From an uncultured delta proteobacterium (lineage in GTDB: Bacteria > Desulfobacterota > Binatia > UBA9968): a stretch of DNA of 64,000 nt. Made by a program: the position numbers and the translations under genes. The notes under the pieces are model-generated. The model did no database searches and was not told the DNA's origin. It worked only from the letters and a program-made list of their open reading frames with translations. Positions 1 through 10,496 of the stretch are shown here, in pieces. The stretch spans positions 832,001 to 896,000 of the forward strand of contig CAVSHR010000005.1 in the NCBI GenBank assembly GCA_963727625.1, given 5' to 3'. The first letter of the stretch is position 1. Each line of letters starts with the position of its first letter.

Positions 1-136
1 CGACCGCGCGCGCCCCATCGGCAAAAGCAAGATCTGCCAAGGAGGCCGTGTCCAGGGCGGCAATTCCCGTGATCTCGCGATCGCCGTCTCCTTGCACTGT
101 TCCGCCGATAAGTTTTGCGATCGCTTCGACTCTCAA
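1..136 (-). CDS. lpxD: UDP-3-O-acylglucosamine N-acyltransferase LpxD, 5' part (runs off window)
   Basis: Hand translation from TTG at 136 (RBS AAGGAGG upstream): MRVEAIAKLIGGTVQGDGDREITGIAALDTASLADLAFADG, a typical LpxD N-terminus; not in ORF track. Confidence 0.7.
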   Translation of the reverse strand, partial: MRVEAIAKLIGGTVQGDGDREITGIAALDTASLADLAFADGARAV

Positions 137-421
137 TCAACCTCCTTGATGGTTCCGGCGCGGCTTGCTCATGGAAGATTCGCCAGCTCGGAACCATGCC
201 GGGTTCCCGCGTGGGATCTTCGCCGTCCACGGCCGACCATAACCCAAGCTGAAAGTTCAGACAACACGATTGAGGTCCTTCACGCTAGATGTACTTCTTG
301 CCGACAACACAGCGCTTTTCAACCATCGATACCGCCAACGTTCCAACCGACCGCCCGCGGGGAATAATGCATTGACAGCAAAGGCACTGGGCGGTTAGTT
401 TCATCGCAAACGAGTATAACG

Positions 422-1525
422 ATGGATGCGCCGACGAGCTACCTTTTTGCCGCCGAGTATTTGCGAAATTATTGCACCGAAGTCTTTCTTCACTTCGGTG
501 TACCCCGGGGCGACGCTGAACAGGCTAGTGAAGTTTTGGCCAAAAGCGACCTGCGCGGCATCGACTCCCACGGAGTGGCGCGCCTGCACACTTACTTTGA
601 AATGCTCGAGTTGGGCCGGATCAATCCTAAACCAAAAATCCGCGTCATCCGTGAAAAAGCCAGCGTCGCGACCGTCGACGGCGACAACGGGCTCGGTCTT
701 GTCGTCGGACCGAAGGCCAACGAGATCGCCATGGACAAAGCCGAGCAGCATGGCTCGGGCTGGGTCAGTGTTTGCAATACAAATCATTTCGGCATCGCCG
801 GCTACTATCCGTTGAAAGCCCTGGAAAAAGATCTGATCGGCTGGGCGATGACGAACACGACTAAACTCGTCGCGCCGCTGTGGGGCGCGGAGCGCATGCT
901 CGGCACCAATCCCATCGCCATCGCCTTTCCCGGCTATAAAGAACCCCCCATCGTCATCGACATGGCCACCAGCGCCGTCGCTTACGGCAAGATCGAAATC
1001 GCCCTGCGCAAGAAAGAACCCGTGCCGAAAGGTTGGATCGTCGACAAGCACGGCCGCGACACCACTGATCCCATGGAGATGATCGATCGCGGGGCGCAAT
1101 TGCCGTTGGGCTCCGACCGCGAAATGGGCGGCCACAAAGGCTACGGCCTGGCCTCGATGGTGGATATCCTCTGCTGCGTTTTGAGCGGCGCAAACTGGGG
1201 CCCCTTCGCCCCGCCCTTCGCGCTGCGCCAGGAAATTCCCGAGCGCAGCGTCGGCAAAGGCATCGGCCATTTCTTCGGCGCGATGCAGATCGACGGCTTC
1301 ATCGACAAAGACGAGTTCAAAAAACAGATCGACGAATGGATCAAAGTCTTCCGCAACACCAAGCCCGCGCCCGGTACGAGCGGCCCGCTCATCCCCGGCG
1401 ACCCCGAGCGCGAAGCCGAGGCGATCAGAAGCAACGAAGGAATCCCGCTGCTGAAACCTGTGGTGGATGACTTGCTGGATATTTCGAGGAAGACGGGAAT
1501 TCCGTTTGATTCAATTCCGCAATAG
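422..1525 (+). CDS. Ldh_2 family (malate/L-lactate/ureidoglycolate dehydrogenase-like) oxidoreductase
   Basis: Motifs DLRGIDSHG, NHFG, GTNPIA, DMATS, GGHKGYGL. Confidence 0.92.
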   Translation: MDAPTSYLFAAEYLRNYCTEVFLHFGVPRGDAEQASEVLAKSDLRGIDSHGVARLHTYFEMLELGRINPKPKIRVIREKASVATVDGDNGLGLVVGPKANEIAMDKAEQHGSGWVSVCNTNHFGIAGYYPLKALEKDLIGWAMTNTTKLVAPLWGAERMLGTNPIAIAFPGYKEPPIVIDMATSAVAYGKIEIALRKKEPVPKGWIVDKHGRDTTDPMEMIDRGAQLPLGSDREMGGHKGYGLASMVDILCCVLSGANWGPFAPPFALRQEIPERSVGKGIGHFFGAMQIDGFIDKDEFKKQIDEWIKVFRNTKPAPGTSGPLIPGDPEREAEAIRSNEGIPLLKPVVDDLLDISRKTGIPFDSIPQ

Positions 1526-1628
1526 TGAACCGAAGTCTTGAATGCCTGGGCATCCCTTCCGATTGGTGAGAATGATCGTAAGAAAGAAATGATTTAGCTT
1601 GCTGCATAGACGCTATTGATGTCGGTGA

Positions 1629-2519
1629 TCATCGCTCGGCAACCGCTTTAGCCACTCGCACACCGATCTCAAAGGCTCTGTCCAGATGAAACTCTGCGAA
1701 GTCTTGATCGCGCAGCACAGGTCTCAGCTCAGGCTCCAGTTGCCGGCGCAATGCATCCAGCCGCGTTTTGCTGACGTCGACAGGATCATTGCCCGGGACC
1801 GCCAACTTTTGTCCTACCTGATCGATGAATTCGGCATTATTAGGCCGAAGCCCGCCCTTGCGAACAGCATAGTCGATGTCGAAGAAATCCCGGATAGCCG
1901 GGTCGCGGCGTGACAAAGCCGCGCGAAACTTTTCCGCCATGGCTTCGGTCTTATCGATGCTGCGCACCTGAAGTGGCATGACCATCGGTCTATTGGTTAG
2001 CGGATTCCGCAGGACCGTATGTGCCGTGGCCTCGATCGCGGGCGCCAACAACGGTTCCCGTAAGCTTACTTCGATCTTGATCGTCTCTTGTTGTTGACCG
2101 AGCATTGAATCGTATCCAATGACCGCCAGATATTGCGTCGACCGGATTGCACCCTTCAATGTTTCGATCAGGCGAAATACGGGGACCGCTCTGTTTAAAT
2201 TGCTCGAAGCGGACTTCACCTGCTCTGCCCGTCTACTGCGTTCGCTCCGGGAAGTGTCCGCCGGGACCGGTCTAGTATAATCCAAGTCCTCGCTCAGGCG
2301 GTAAAGCTCCGAGTGAACCTTGGTCAGGCAGGTCCCGCCTTTGAAAACCAGGTCACTGCCGGCTGATGCGGACAAATAAGCGAGAAGCAAGGTACAAAAG
2401 TAATTTTTTTCAATCAGCCGCGGCACAAATCCGCTCACCGCGGCGGTGAATTGCACAGCTTCGCGGAACAGCGCAGCATCTTCGTGAGCATTGATGGCAG
2501 GTGATTCAGCTCTGCTCAT
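1629..2519 (-). CDS. AbiEii-family nucleotidyltransferase toxin (type IV TA)
   Basis: EKNY, FKGGT, RLSEDLD and KxxAxxxR..RDFFD motifs; overlaps the upstream antitoxin gene. Confidence 0.88.
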   Translation of the reverse strand: MSRAESPAINAHEDAALFREAVQFTAAVSGFVPRLIEKNYFCTLLLAYLSASAGSDLVFKGGTCLTKVHSELYRLSEDLDYTRPVPADTSRSERSRRAEQVKSASSNLNRAVPVFRLIETLKGAIRSTQYLAVIGYDSMLGQQQETIKIEVSLREPLLAPAIEATAHTVLRNPLTNRPMVMPLQVRSIDKTEAMAEKFRAALSRRDPAIRDFFDIDYAVRKGGLRPNNAEFIDQVGQKLAVPGNDPVDVSKTRLDALRRQLEPELRPVLRDQDFAEFHLDRAFEIGVRVAKAVAER

Positions 2520-3306
2520 TGATGACCACGCCCCAGCGGCGGTTGACCGTGCCTCGTTTCGGTTTGGTGGAAATCCAGGGTATCAGGCTGGAACTCTTCG
2601 GCAGTGCCTTTTCGAGATTCTTTAGCAACGGACTCGCGACGCCCTCCCGTTCCAGCAGCGCGCCCATTCGCCGTATCGTGCCGATATCACCGTACTTCAA
2701 CGTCACGGCGACCAACTCAGCCGGCATTACCCGATTCGCTTTCAGTGCTTTGCGTATCCAATCATAGGCTCGCGGCAGTGTGTTGAATCGCGACCAGTCA
2801 TAAACAGCGTCGAGCAACGTGCGAGGAAGGGATGAAAAAATCGCTTTTGCACCCTCCGCCGTTTCCACTATTTCCGTATCGCCCAACCTTTTGTCCGCCA
2901 CCTCAATCAGAGTAAGTGCAACAGCACCGATTTTGCGGTCACCAGAGATTCGATTATTGTATGCGTAAACACGCGTTGGGACCTGCTCATCGAATCCGTA
3001 ACGGTTGAACGCGTTGGGGCCGCATATCTGGTATTTAGCCTTGCTGTCTTCCATCAGCGTATTCAGGGCCAGAGTCTCGTCAGGACTCCATAAACCTCCG
3101 AGCGGGAGTAGTGCCGGCACTAGATATAGACCTGGACGTACCCGGGCGATCAAACCACCGCGCGACATGCGGCGAAAGAGTTCTCGCTCCTGCTCGCGAG
3201 TGATTTTCAGCGGCCCCGTTAACTCACCGGTCCGCACCGTACGCAGTTTGCGGAGTTGAAGGTAGGCCAGTAGCTGCGTCTCCTGCTGCCCAAGGTTCTT
3301 TTTCAT
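2506..3306 (-). CDS. AbiEi-family antitoxin / transcriptional regulator (type IV TA)
   Basis: N-terminal wHTH with ARVRPGLY, C-terminal RTLLD motif; coupled to AbiEii. Confidence 0.82.
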   Translation of the reverse strand: MKKNLGQQETQLLAYLQLRKLRTVRTGELTGPLKITREQERELFRRMSRGGLIARVRPGLYLVPALLPLGGLWSPDETLALNTLMEDSKAKYQICGPNAFNRYGFDEQVPTRVYAYNNRISGDRKIGAVALTLIEVADKRLGDTEIVETAEGAKAIFSSLPRTLLDAVYDWSRFNTLPRAYDWIRKALKANRVMPAELVAVTLKYGDIGTIRRMGALLEREGVASPLLKNLEKALPKSSSLIPWISTKPKRGTVNRRWGVVINEQS

Positions 3307-3388
3307 CGTTGTATTATATTTCTTATCGATGGTTTATAAAGCCATCTAAAGGAAATCGTGTACTACAGCTCTGCGGGCAAAGATCGCA

Positions 3389-3667
3389 CGCAGCGTCGGC
3401 AAAGGTATCGGTCATTTCTTTGGCGCCATGCAGATCGACGGCTTCATCGATAAAAACGAATTCAAGAAACAGATCGACGAATGGATTCACGTTTTCCGCA
3501 ACACCAAACCCGCTCCCGGCACTAACGGCCCGCTGATTCCCGGCGATCCGGAGCGAAAAGTGGAGGCGACCCGAAGCAAGGAAGGAATTCCGCTGCTGAA
3601 ACCGGTGGTCGATGCCTTGCTGGATATTTCAAAAAAAACCGGAGTGCCGTTTGAAGCTGAACCGTGA
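3389..3667 (+). pseudogene. Duplicated 3' end of the Ldh_2 gene (diverged direct repeat of 1244-1509)
   Basis: 266-bp colinear match to 1244-1509 with many third-position changes; encodes only the C-terminal ~90 aa. Confidence 0.9.
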
Positions 3668-3827
3668 CCGCATTTAACCGAGCGATGTACACCTTGTCAC
3701 TCAACCTATGGAAATTTACAGTTGAGATTTTCACGAAGCTCCCCGACGATTGACACCCTCGCCGGTTCAGCGATAAATCTCCGGTCAGAAAATAGCTTGT
3801 TTAAATTTCCTAAAACAGGGAGCGGCC

Positions 3828-5099
3828 GTGTTAAGCAAAGAAGACAACGAGTTCGCGTGTCGTGTCGGGCCGGGAACGCCCATGGGCGAGCTGTTTCGGC
3901 GCTTCTGGCTGCCCGCGATGCTGCCCGACGAGTTGCCCAAGGCGGATTGCCCACCCGTGCGCCTGCGATTACTCGGTGAGGACCTGGTCGCCTTTCGGGA
4001 CTCAAATGGCGAAATCGGCGTCGTCGAAGCGCACTGCCCCCACCGTGGCGCCTCGCTCTACTTCGGGCGCAACGAGGAGTGCGGCATTCGCTGCGTCTAC
4101 CATGGTTGGAAATTTGACGTCGCCGGCAACTGCGTCGACATGCCGTCCGAACCCGCCGAGAGCAACTTCAAAGACAAGATCCACATCACGGCTTACCCGA
4201 CTGCTCTCCACGGCGGCCTGATCTGGGTTTACATGGGGCCGAGACATCTCCGCGCCGAGCTGCCCCAATTGGAGTGGACCCGAGTTCCCGATAGCCACCG
4301 CTCGGTGTCGAAGTGGTACCAGGAGACCAACTACCTCCAGGGCTATGAGGGCGACATCGACAGCTCCCACGCATCATTCTTACACACGTATCTGGACCCG
4401 GCGGCTGCGCCGAGCAACGACGGCAGCGCCATCGATCCAAGACTCAAAACGCTGGACCGGGCGCCTAAGATTATAGTGAACGACACCGAGTACGGTTTCC
4501 GCTACGGCGCCCGCCGCACCATCGGCGAGGGAACCTACAATTGGCGCGTGACCCAAGCTCTGCTGCCGACCTATAGCCTCATCCCCTTCATCCGCTTCCC
4601 GGCCGGCGGACGAGCCTGGATTCCGGTCGACGACCATCGCATCATGACCTTCTACATTTCGTACCACCCCGATCGGCCGCTGGTCGACCAGGACCTCGCG
4701 ATGCGCCGCACCGGTCGCGCGTTCCCTCCCGAGTTGATCCCCGGCACGTTCGTCCCGAAGCGCAACATGGCGAACGATTACCAGCTCGATCGCGAGATCC
4801 AGCGCACCACCAGCTACACCGGCATCTGGGGCGTCAACGACCAGGATCGTGCGATACAAGAAAGCATGGGCCCGATCTATGACCGCCGCAAGGAGCACCT
4901 CGGCACCAGTGACCAAGCAATCATCACGGCACGGAAGCGGCTGCTGAACCTGGCCCGCGACCTCCAGCAAGGCATCGAGCCCTTCCCCGCGTCTCACGGC
5001 GACATCTACCGCGTGCGCGCCATGGATGTGAACACGGCCGTCGACAACTTCGACGCCGTGATCGCCAGCCACGGGAGCGGCTTGGTCGCCAAGGTGTAG
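3828..5099 (+). CDS. Rieske non-heme iron oxygenase alpha subunit (phthalate 4,5-dioxygenase-like)
   Basis: CPHRGA...CVYHGW Rieske motif; DSSHASFLH iron ligands; QDRAIQESMG. Confidence 0.92.
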   Translation: MLSKEDNEFACRVGPGTPMGELFRRFWLPAMLPDELPKADCPPVRLRLLGEDLVAFRDSNGEIGVVEAHCPHRGASLYFGRNEECGIRCVYHGWKFDVAGNCVDMPSEPAESNFKDKIHITAYPTALHGGLIWVYMGPRHLRAELPQLEWTRVPDSHRSVSKWYQETNYLQGYEGDIDSSHASFLHTYLDPAAAPSNDGSAIDPRLKTLDRAPKIIVNDTEYGFRYGARRTIGEGTYNWRVTQALLPTYSLIPFIRFPAGGRAWIPVDDHRIMTFYISYHPDRPLVDQDLAMRRTGRAFPPELIPGTFVPKRNMANDYQLDREIQRTTSYTGIWGVNDQDRAIQESMGPIYDRRKEHLGTSDQAIITARKRLLNLARDLQQGIEPFPASHGDIYRVRAMDVNTAVDNFDAVIASHGSGLVAKV

Positions 5100-5245
5100 G
5101 GTTGGCCACCTAGACGAGTCGCGGCAAAAGGGGACGATCGTCAAGTCTTGAGAGAACCACCCCGATAGACAGTACATTTTATCGGTTGTGGTGACAGCGA
5201 AAATTCGAGATACTGGGCCTAGACCGAGCTAAGCCGGAGCCTGAT

Positions 5246-5476
5246 ATGAAATTTAATCGAATCACCGTTAATCCAAAACAGATGGATGGCGTCCCTTGCA
5301 TTCGAGCGCTGCGGATTCCCGTTGCGACGGTGGTCGGTATGATCGCCGAGGGTATGTCGAAGGAAGAAATTCTAAAAGCCTATCCTGATCTGGAACCCGA
5401 CGATATCCGCGAAGCCCTCTTCTTCGCGGCAGAGGCTTTACGGGAACGTGGACTTCCTTTCGTCGACATCCGGTGA
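5246..5476 (+). CDS. DUF433 antitoxin-like protein
   Basis: RITVNP..GVPCIR..RIPV..EEILKAYPDL signature. Confidence 0.9.
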   Translation: MKFNRITVNPKQMDGVPCIRALRIPVATVVGMIAEGMSKEEILKAYPDLEPDDIREALFFAAEALRERGLPFVDIR

Positions 5477-5856
5477 AGTTCTTGATCGATAACTCATTGT
5501 CGCCGCTATTATCAGAGGCGCTACAAACGGCCGATCACGACTCCGTCCATGTGAGAGATTATGGTCTGCAGAAATCCGAGGACGAGGTTATCTTTGACCG
5601 AGCGGCGAACGAGGATCGCGTCGTCGTTTCAACTGACACGGACTTCGGAACGATACTGGTCAACAGGCAGGCGACAAAACCGTCGGTGATTTTATTCAGA
5701 GGCGAATCGCCGCACCGTCCGGAGCTGCAAGCTGCGTTGCTGCTTGCGAATCTCACCAATTTAGAAGAACTGCTCGACCGAGGAAGCATCGTAATCTTCG
5801 AAGCAAGACGATTGCGCGTTCGAAGCCTACCGATCCTTCAGACCGGCAGATCCTGA
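5473..5856 (+). CDS. DUF5615 PIN-like (VapC45-like) toxin
   Basis: MKFLIDNSL, D..IFDRA..EDRVVVSTDTDFG; GTGA overlap with DUF433. Confidence 0.88.
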   Translation: MKFLIDNSLSPLLSEALQTADHDSVHVRDYGLQKSEDEVIFDRAANEDRVVVSTDTDFGTILVNRQATKPSVILFRGESPHRPELQAALLLANLTNLEELLDRGSIVIFEARRLRVRSLPILQTGRS

Positions 5857-6243
5857 GATTGTTACAGCGTGTCTAGAACTTGGCCTGAATGGGCGCCAAC
5901 ACGGAGAGAAAGCCGACGCGAGCCGGAAGTTTCTCTGCTACGTAGCCCAATACCAATAGGCAAGTGAGCATGACGGCGCTAGCGATTTTTCTCAAGGTCA
6001 ACGAGTCGTGGACGAACCGTGGCGGGCGAGCCAGAGAAGAAACAACCGAGAACAATAGTAAAGATTTCAAAGAACAGCCCCAATCCCTCACTCTTGGCTC
6101 TGCTTACACGTGGTTTTTCGCCTCTAAAAAGCCGGCTCTAAGCGCTTAAACGATGCTTCTTGCGCTATCTCAGCTTGTCAAATCAAGATGTTGCGCTGGT
6201 CCGAGGGAATGAAACCCGAGGGAATGAAGAGAGACCGGGTGCG

Positions 6244-7785
6244 TCAGTTCTCCTTTTTGCCAGGGGCCTCGGATCGGGCCGGCTTCCTCGACCGCGTGGA
6301 CGCGCGTGGCGCGGCCTTCTTCGGGGCCGCCTTTCGCGGGACACGCGCTGCCGTGGGGGCGGCGGCCCCGACGCGGGCGCGCGGACGGTGCGGCTTGGCG
6401 CGCCCGAGGGGCTCCGCGGTCGCGTCGATGGCAATGGGCCCGATCTCGGATGCCTTGTCGTCAGCGGCCTCCGCCTGCGGCTCCAGCCGATTGCCCGGCT
6501 CGCCTTGATTAAGTTCCTCCAGCGGCTCGCGCGCACCGGCGTCCATCGATTCGACGACGTCGTCGGACTCCGCTTCGCCCGGGTCCTGTTGCGGGACCGC
6601 GGACCGGGTCGCCCCCGTCTGCTGCAGGACCGGCCCCTTGAAGACGAGCAGGCCGCCGCGGCGATCTCGTTCGAGCCGCACGAGGCCCTCGCGCTGACAG
6701 GCACGCAATAGATCGATCAGGCCGGGAAAGCCGTAGCGGCGCTCGTCGAAACCATTATCGGCTGCGCGCAACAGCTGCTTGACATTGCGCAGGTATATCG
6801 GCCACCGCGCGGTCGTCGCGGCCGTCAGAATTTGCCCGACAAGCCGGACACCATCAGCCTGGTCACCCGCCGGCGTGACGGGTGCCTCCGCGACGACAGG
6901 TGCCTCGACGGCCTCCGCCTCGGGAGAAGGCGGTCGAACGACGTCCCGCCTCGTCTCCGGCGCAGCCTGGGGCTTGGCCGGCGCGGCCGCCGACTGATCG
7001 CCTTCCTCGAAGTGCTCGTTCAATTCGACCATCACGCTCCGGCCAGTGTGCTTCAATTGCGCGAGTCCGGCCTGAGCCAGCTTTTCGACGAAATCGTGGA
7101 ACGAGGACGCACCGTAGTTGCGTTCGGAGAAGGTCGAGTCGAGCTGGAGCAGGGTGCTCTTCAGGAGCCCCGTTTGTGGCGACACTTCGCGGTCGGACAG
7201 GATCTTCAGCGCGCGGCGCACGATCGGGAACGCCTGCGCGATCGGGCTGGAGGCTGCGGGCGCCACCGGGCGACCACCCTTGAACGCGGAGCGACGGCCA
7301 CCCGTGAGGTTCTCGTACGCGATGAACTCGTGGCAGTTGCGCTGCAGGATAATGCTCGTGAAAGCGCGGCCGCCCACGACGAAGACCTTCTTGTCGTACT
7401 GCTTCAGCTTCTCGACCAGCGAGAGGAAGTCGCTGTCGCCGCCGACGATCACGTACGCGTTGATGTGCGGGTGCGTGAACGCCATTTCGAGAGCGTCGAG
7501 GGCGAGGTTGATGTCCGCCCCGTTCTTGTCCCCGCCGGGCGTCAGATTGCGCTGCACCAGCCGGATGGCGTGCTGCGTGAGATGGCGGCTGTACTCGCCC
7601 GCGCGCGTCCAGTCGGCATAGGCGATCTTGGTGACCACCTCACCCCGCTCCTTCAAGGCGTCGAGGATAGCGCCGATGTCGAAATTCTCTCCGAGCGTCG
7701 ATTTGACGCCGATTTCGATGTTGTCGAAGTCGATGAAGACGGCGATGTTGAGACGGTCCTGATGGGGCAAATGAAATCCTTTCAA
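6244..7785 (-). CDS. NYN (LabA/DUF88) domain protein with two LOTUS/OST-HTH domains and a low-complexity tail
   Basis: FIDFDN, KNGADI, GGDSDF; FSERNYG and FDERRYG LOTUS motifs. Confidence 0.88.
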   Translation of the reverse strand: MKGFHLPHQDRLNIAVFIDFDNIEIGVKSTLGENFDIGAILDALKERGEVVTKIAYADWTRAGEYSRHLTQHAIRLVQRNLTPGGDKNGADINLALDALEMAFTHPHINAYVIVGGDSDFLSLVEKLKQYDKKVFVVGGRAFTSIILQRNCHEFIAYENLTGGRRSAFKGGRPVAPAASSPIAQAFPIVRRALKILSDREVSPQTGLLKSTLLQLDSTFSERNYGASSFHDFVEKLAQAGLAQLKHTGRSVMVELNEHFEEGDQSAAAPAKPQAAPETRRDVVRPPSPEAEAVEAPVVAEAPVTPAGDQADGVRLVGQILTAATTARWPIYLRNVKQLLRAADNGFDERRYGFPGLIDLLRACQREGLVRLERDRRGGLLVFKGPVLQQTGATRSAVPQQDPGEAESDDVVESMDAGAREPLEELNQGEPGNRLEPQAEAADDKASEIGPIAIDATAEPLGRAKPHRPRARVGAAAPTAARVPRKAAPKKAAPRASTRSRKPARSEAPGKKEN

Positions 7786-7924
7786 CTACTATTTTCTATA
7801 CTATGCCGAGAGGGGCGCCGGCGCTAGGGGGGGGCGAGACGATCACCCGCGTGAATTGGCCACGCTGCATGATCTCGCGTTTGCATAAGAAATTCAAACC
7901 AGCTTTTTGTTCTGCCCGAGGCGT

Positions 7925-8761
7925 TCACGCCCCGGCGCCGCGGATCGAGGCGTCCTCCAGGCAGCCGGCGGCGGCTTGGTCCGGGTCGAGGGAATTGTCC
8001 CACAGCGCGCCGACGAAGCGCGTGCCGGTCGCGCCGTCCGAGCGGGCCGAGCACAGCCACACCAGAAGCGGGTTCATGATATCGGCGGGGAGCAGCGTGC
8101 GCCCGGGTTCCGGCGGGCGGTTGACGTCGCCGTTGTCGCAGGCGCCGCCGGGTAGCAGCGCATTGACCGTGACGCCTTTGCCTTCGAGGTCGCGCGCCCA
8201 AATATAGGTGGACGAATCGATGGCCGCCTTGGTGACGCCGTAGGGGCTCTGGCCCACCGAGTAGAAATTGCGCAGCGAGGTGGTGAGGTTGATGATCTTG
8301 CCGTAACCCATCTCGAGGAAGTAGGGCGTGACGGTGCGCGACATGAAAAAGGTTCCGGCGACGTTGACTTCCACCGTCTCGCGGTACAGAACCGGATCGA
8401 CGGCCCAAAACGGGAGATGCCCGGCGGCCTCCGGCTTACCGGAGTCGCGGCGCAGGCGGCGGGCGTTGTTGACCAGCACATGGAGCACTCCGAAGGCGTC
8501 GACGGCGACCTTCAGACAGTTTGCGCAGGATTCCAAATCGGTGATGTCGGTCTCGACGGCGAGCGCCCGGCCCGGCCCGGCGATGGCGGCGATCTCCTCC
8601 GCCACCGCGTTGAGACCGTCCATGACCGGCGAGGCCAGTACCAGGCGCGCGCCCTTTTTTGCGAGGCCGAGGCTCATCGCGCGGCCAAGGCCGCGGTCGG
8701 CGCCGGTCATGATGACGACGCGGCCCTCAAGATCGATATCGGGCAGGTCCATTTCCGCCAT
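7925..8761 (-). CDS. Short-chain dehydrogenase/reductase
   Basis: TGADRGLG, VNNA, YGVTK; start taken at MAEMDL. Confidence 0.9.
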   Translation of the reverse strand: MAEMDLPDIDLEGRVVIMTGADRGLGRAMSLGLAKKGARLVLASPVMDGLNAVAEEIAAIAGPGRALAVETDITDLESCANCLKVAVDAFGVLHVLVNNARRLRRDSGKPEAAGHLPFWAVDPVLYRETVEVNVAGTFFMSRTVTPYFLEMGYGKIINLTTSLRNFYSVGQSPYGVTKAAIDSSTYIWARDLEGKGVTVNALLPGGACDNGDVNRPPEPGRTLLPADIMNPLLVWLCSARSDGATGTRFVGALWDNSLDPDQAAAGCLEDASIRGAGA

Positions 8762-8916
8762 TGTTTTCCCCCTATAGAATTTCTTGATACGACTATACGA
8801 AGCTGCCAGCCCGTGCAAAAGCCAGCCCGATTATTTCTCCCGATCTCTATGGTTTTCATTGAAGGCGCAACGTAAGCTCATGCAACGGCTCGCGGTTAGA
8901 TGAATGCGGAGGAATC

Positions 8917-9702
8917 ATGCTGGTGCTTTATCATGGCACGACTTCGGTGTGCGCCCAGAAGGTGCGGCTCACTCTCGCGGAAAAGGGGCTCGAGTGGCAC
9001 AGCCACCTGCTCGAGTTGAACGGCGATCATCTCACCCCGGAGTATTTGAAGATCAATCCCAACGGCGTGGTGCCGACGCTGGTGCACGACGGCACGATCA
9101 TCGTCGAGTCCACCGTGATCATCCACTATCTCGACGATATCTTTCCCGATCCGCCGCTGATGCCGCGCGCGCCGCTCGACCGGACGCGCGCCCATCTTTT
9201 CAAAAAGCTCATGGACGAATACATCCATCCGGCGTGCATCGTCTATACGTTTGCAACGGCCAACCGCGGCCGCTTCGCCGGCTTGTCTCCTGAACAACGC
9301 GCCGAGCAGTATGCCAAGATGCCGCTGCAGCGCCAGGCCGAGTACAAGCGCGCCGGCGTCGAGGAAGGCATTGGATCGCCGGCAGGGAAGGAAGCGACCA
9401 AGAGCTTCATGAAGCTGCTCAAGTGGATCGAAGAGTCGACGGAAAAATCCGCCTGGCTCGCCGGCCCGGACTATTCGCTGGCCGACATCGCCGCCATTCC
9501 CTACATGATGCGTCTGGAGATGTTGCGGCTCGCGCGCCTGTGGGATCACAAGCCGGGCGTCGCAGCGTGGTGGGAGCGCGCCAAAGCGCGCCGCTCCTTC
9601 GATAAGGCGTTTCTCCAATGGTTGCGCCCGCAGGATTGGCAGCGCTACGAAAAGATGCCCGATCCGTGGCCGGATGTGAGCAAGAACCTGGCGGCAGTCT
9701 GA
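8917..9702 (+). CDS. Glutathione S-transferase family protein
   Basis: SVCAQKVR, INPNGVVPTL, ESTVI, SLADI. Confidence 0.92.
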   Translation: MLVLYHGTTSVCAQKVRLTLAEKGLEWHSHLLELNGDHLTPEYLKINPNGVVPTLVHDGTIIVESTVIIHYLDDIFPDPPLMPRAPLDRTRAHLFKKLMDEYIHPACIVYTFATANRGRFAGLSPEQRAEQYAKMPLQRQAEYKRAGVEEGIGSPAGKEATKSFMKLLKWIEESTEKSAWLAGPDYSLADIAAIPYMMRLEMLRLARLWDHKPGVAAWWERAKARRSFDKAFLQWLRPQDWQRYEKMPDPWPDVSKNLAAV

Positions 9703-9749
9703 TCGAGGAACTCGATGTAGTTTAGCCGGGCGAGCTCTCACTCTGAAGT

Positions 9750-9883
9750 GCGATGATGGCGAAACCCAAGTCCGCGCCGATCACGACTTCCATGGCGAAT
9801 TCACTGCATGGGTTGCGCCAGATGCCCGAAGCCGTTTGTCCCGGCGCCATGGCGTGTTTGAGATGATCGACCGGCAGGTCCAT
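9750..9883 (-). pseudogene. Degenerate 5' remnant of an HpcH/HpaI aldolase
   Basis: Hand translation MDLPVDHLKHAMAPGQTASGIWRNPCSEFAMEVVIGA resembles the HpcH N-terminus, then similarity is lost. Confidence 0.5.
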
Positions 9884-9908
9884 GGGTGACCTTCCTGAGT
9901 TGTAGAGC

Positions 9909-10496
9909 CTAGCGTTCGCCCGGATAGTCCGGCAGGCGCTTCAACGCGTCGACGAAGGACTCTTTCATGCCGCGCTCGGAACGCTTGATGTAGTTGCCGG
10001 TGAAAGGCAGGGTATCGTCGCGCTCAACCTTGGCGACGAGGAAGCGAAATTCCTGCGCTGCCAGCGCCGCGCGCAAGGCCTTTTCATACTCCTCCATGGT
10101 GCGCAGCGTCGCGGTGTGCGCGATGCCGGCGCCTTCGGCCATCTTGGCGAGATCCGTGCGTCGTGCCGTTGCCGTTTCGCCCATGTTGCTGTAGACGCCG
10201 TTGTCGAACACCACGGCGGTTAAATTTGCCGGGCGAACGTCGGCTGCGGTGATGAGGCTGCTCGTCTCTATGATGAGACTGCCATCGCCGTCGATCGCGA
10301 CCACGCGGCGTTTGGGAAACGCGAGCGCGACACCGACGGCAAAAGGCAGGCACAGGCCCATGTTGAGGCCGTAGAAACTCGGCCGCTCGCCGCGCAACGC
10401 CGACCACATGCGCGCGTTGGTGGTCAAATTGGTGATCGTGAGGGTCTCGCCGTCGATGAGATCGGAGAGCAGTTTCATGCAGGCAGAGTGTTTCAC
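9909..10496 (-). CDS. ThDP-dependent decarboxylase beta subunit (ComE/phosphonopyruvate decarboxylase-like)
   Basis: GDGS...DN ThDP motif; GTG start overlaps the stop of the alpha subunit. Confidence 0.85.
   Translation of the reverse strand: MKHSACMKLLSDLIDGETLTITNLTTNARMWSALRGERPSFYGLNMGLCLPFAVGVALAFPKRRVVAIDGDGSLIIETSSLITAADVRPANLTAVVFDNGVYSNMGETATARRTDLAKMAEGAGIAHTATLRTMEEYEKALRAALAAQEFRFLVAKVERDDTLPFTGNYIKRSERGMKESFVDALKRLPDYPGER

Noticed and set aside
401-1270. Long antisense ORFs, here and at 4380-5177, 6832-7827, 8896-9741, 41109-41930 and 56543-57436
   Set aside because: Shadows of well-supported genes on the opposite strand in GC-rich DNA; no family motifs
5860-6240. Short ORFs in the gap after the PIN toxin
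   Set aside because: No recognisable motif, RBS or repeat structure
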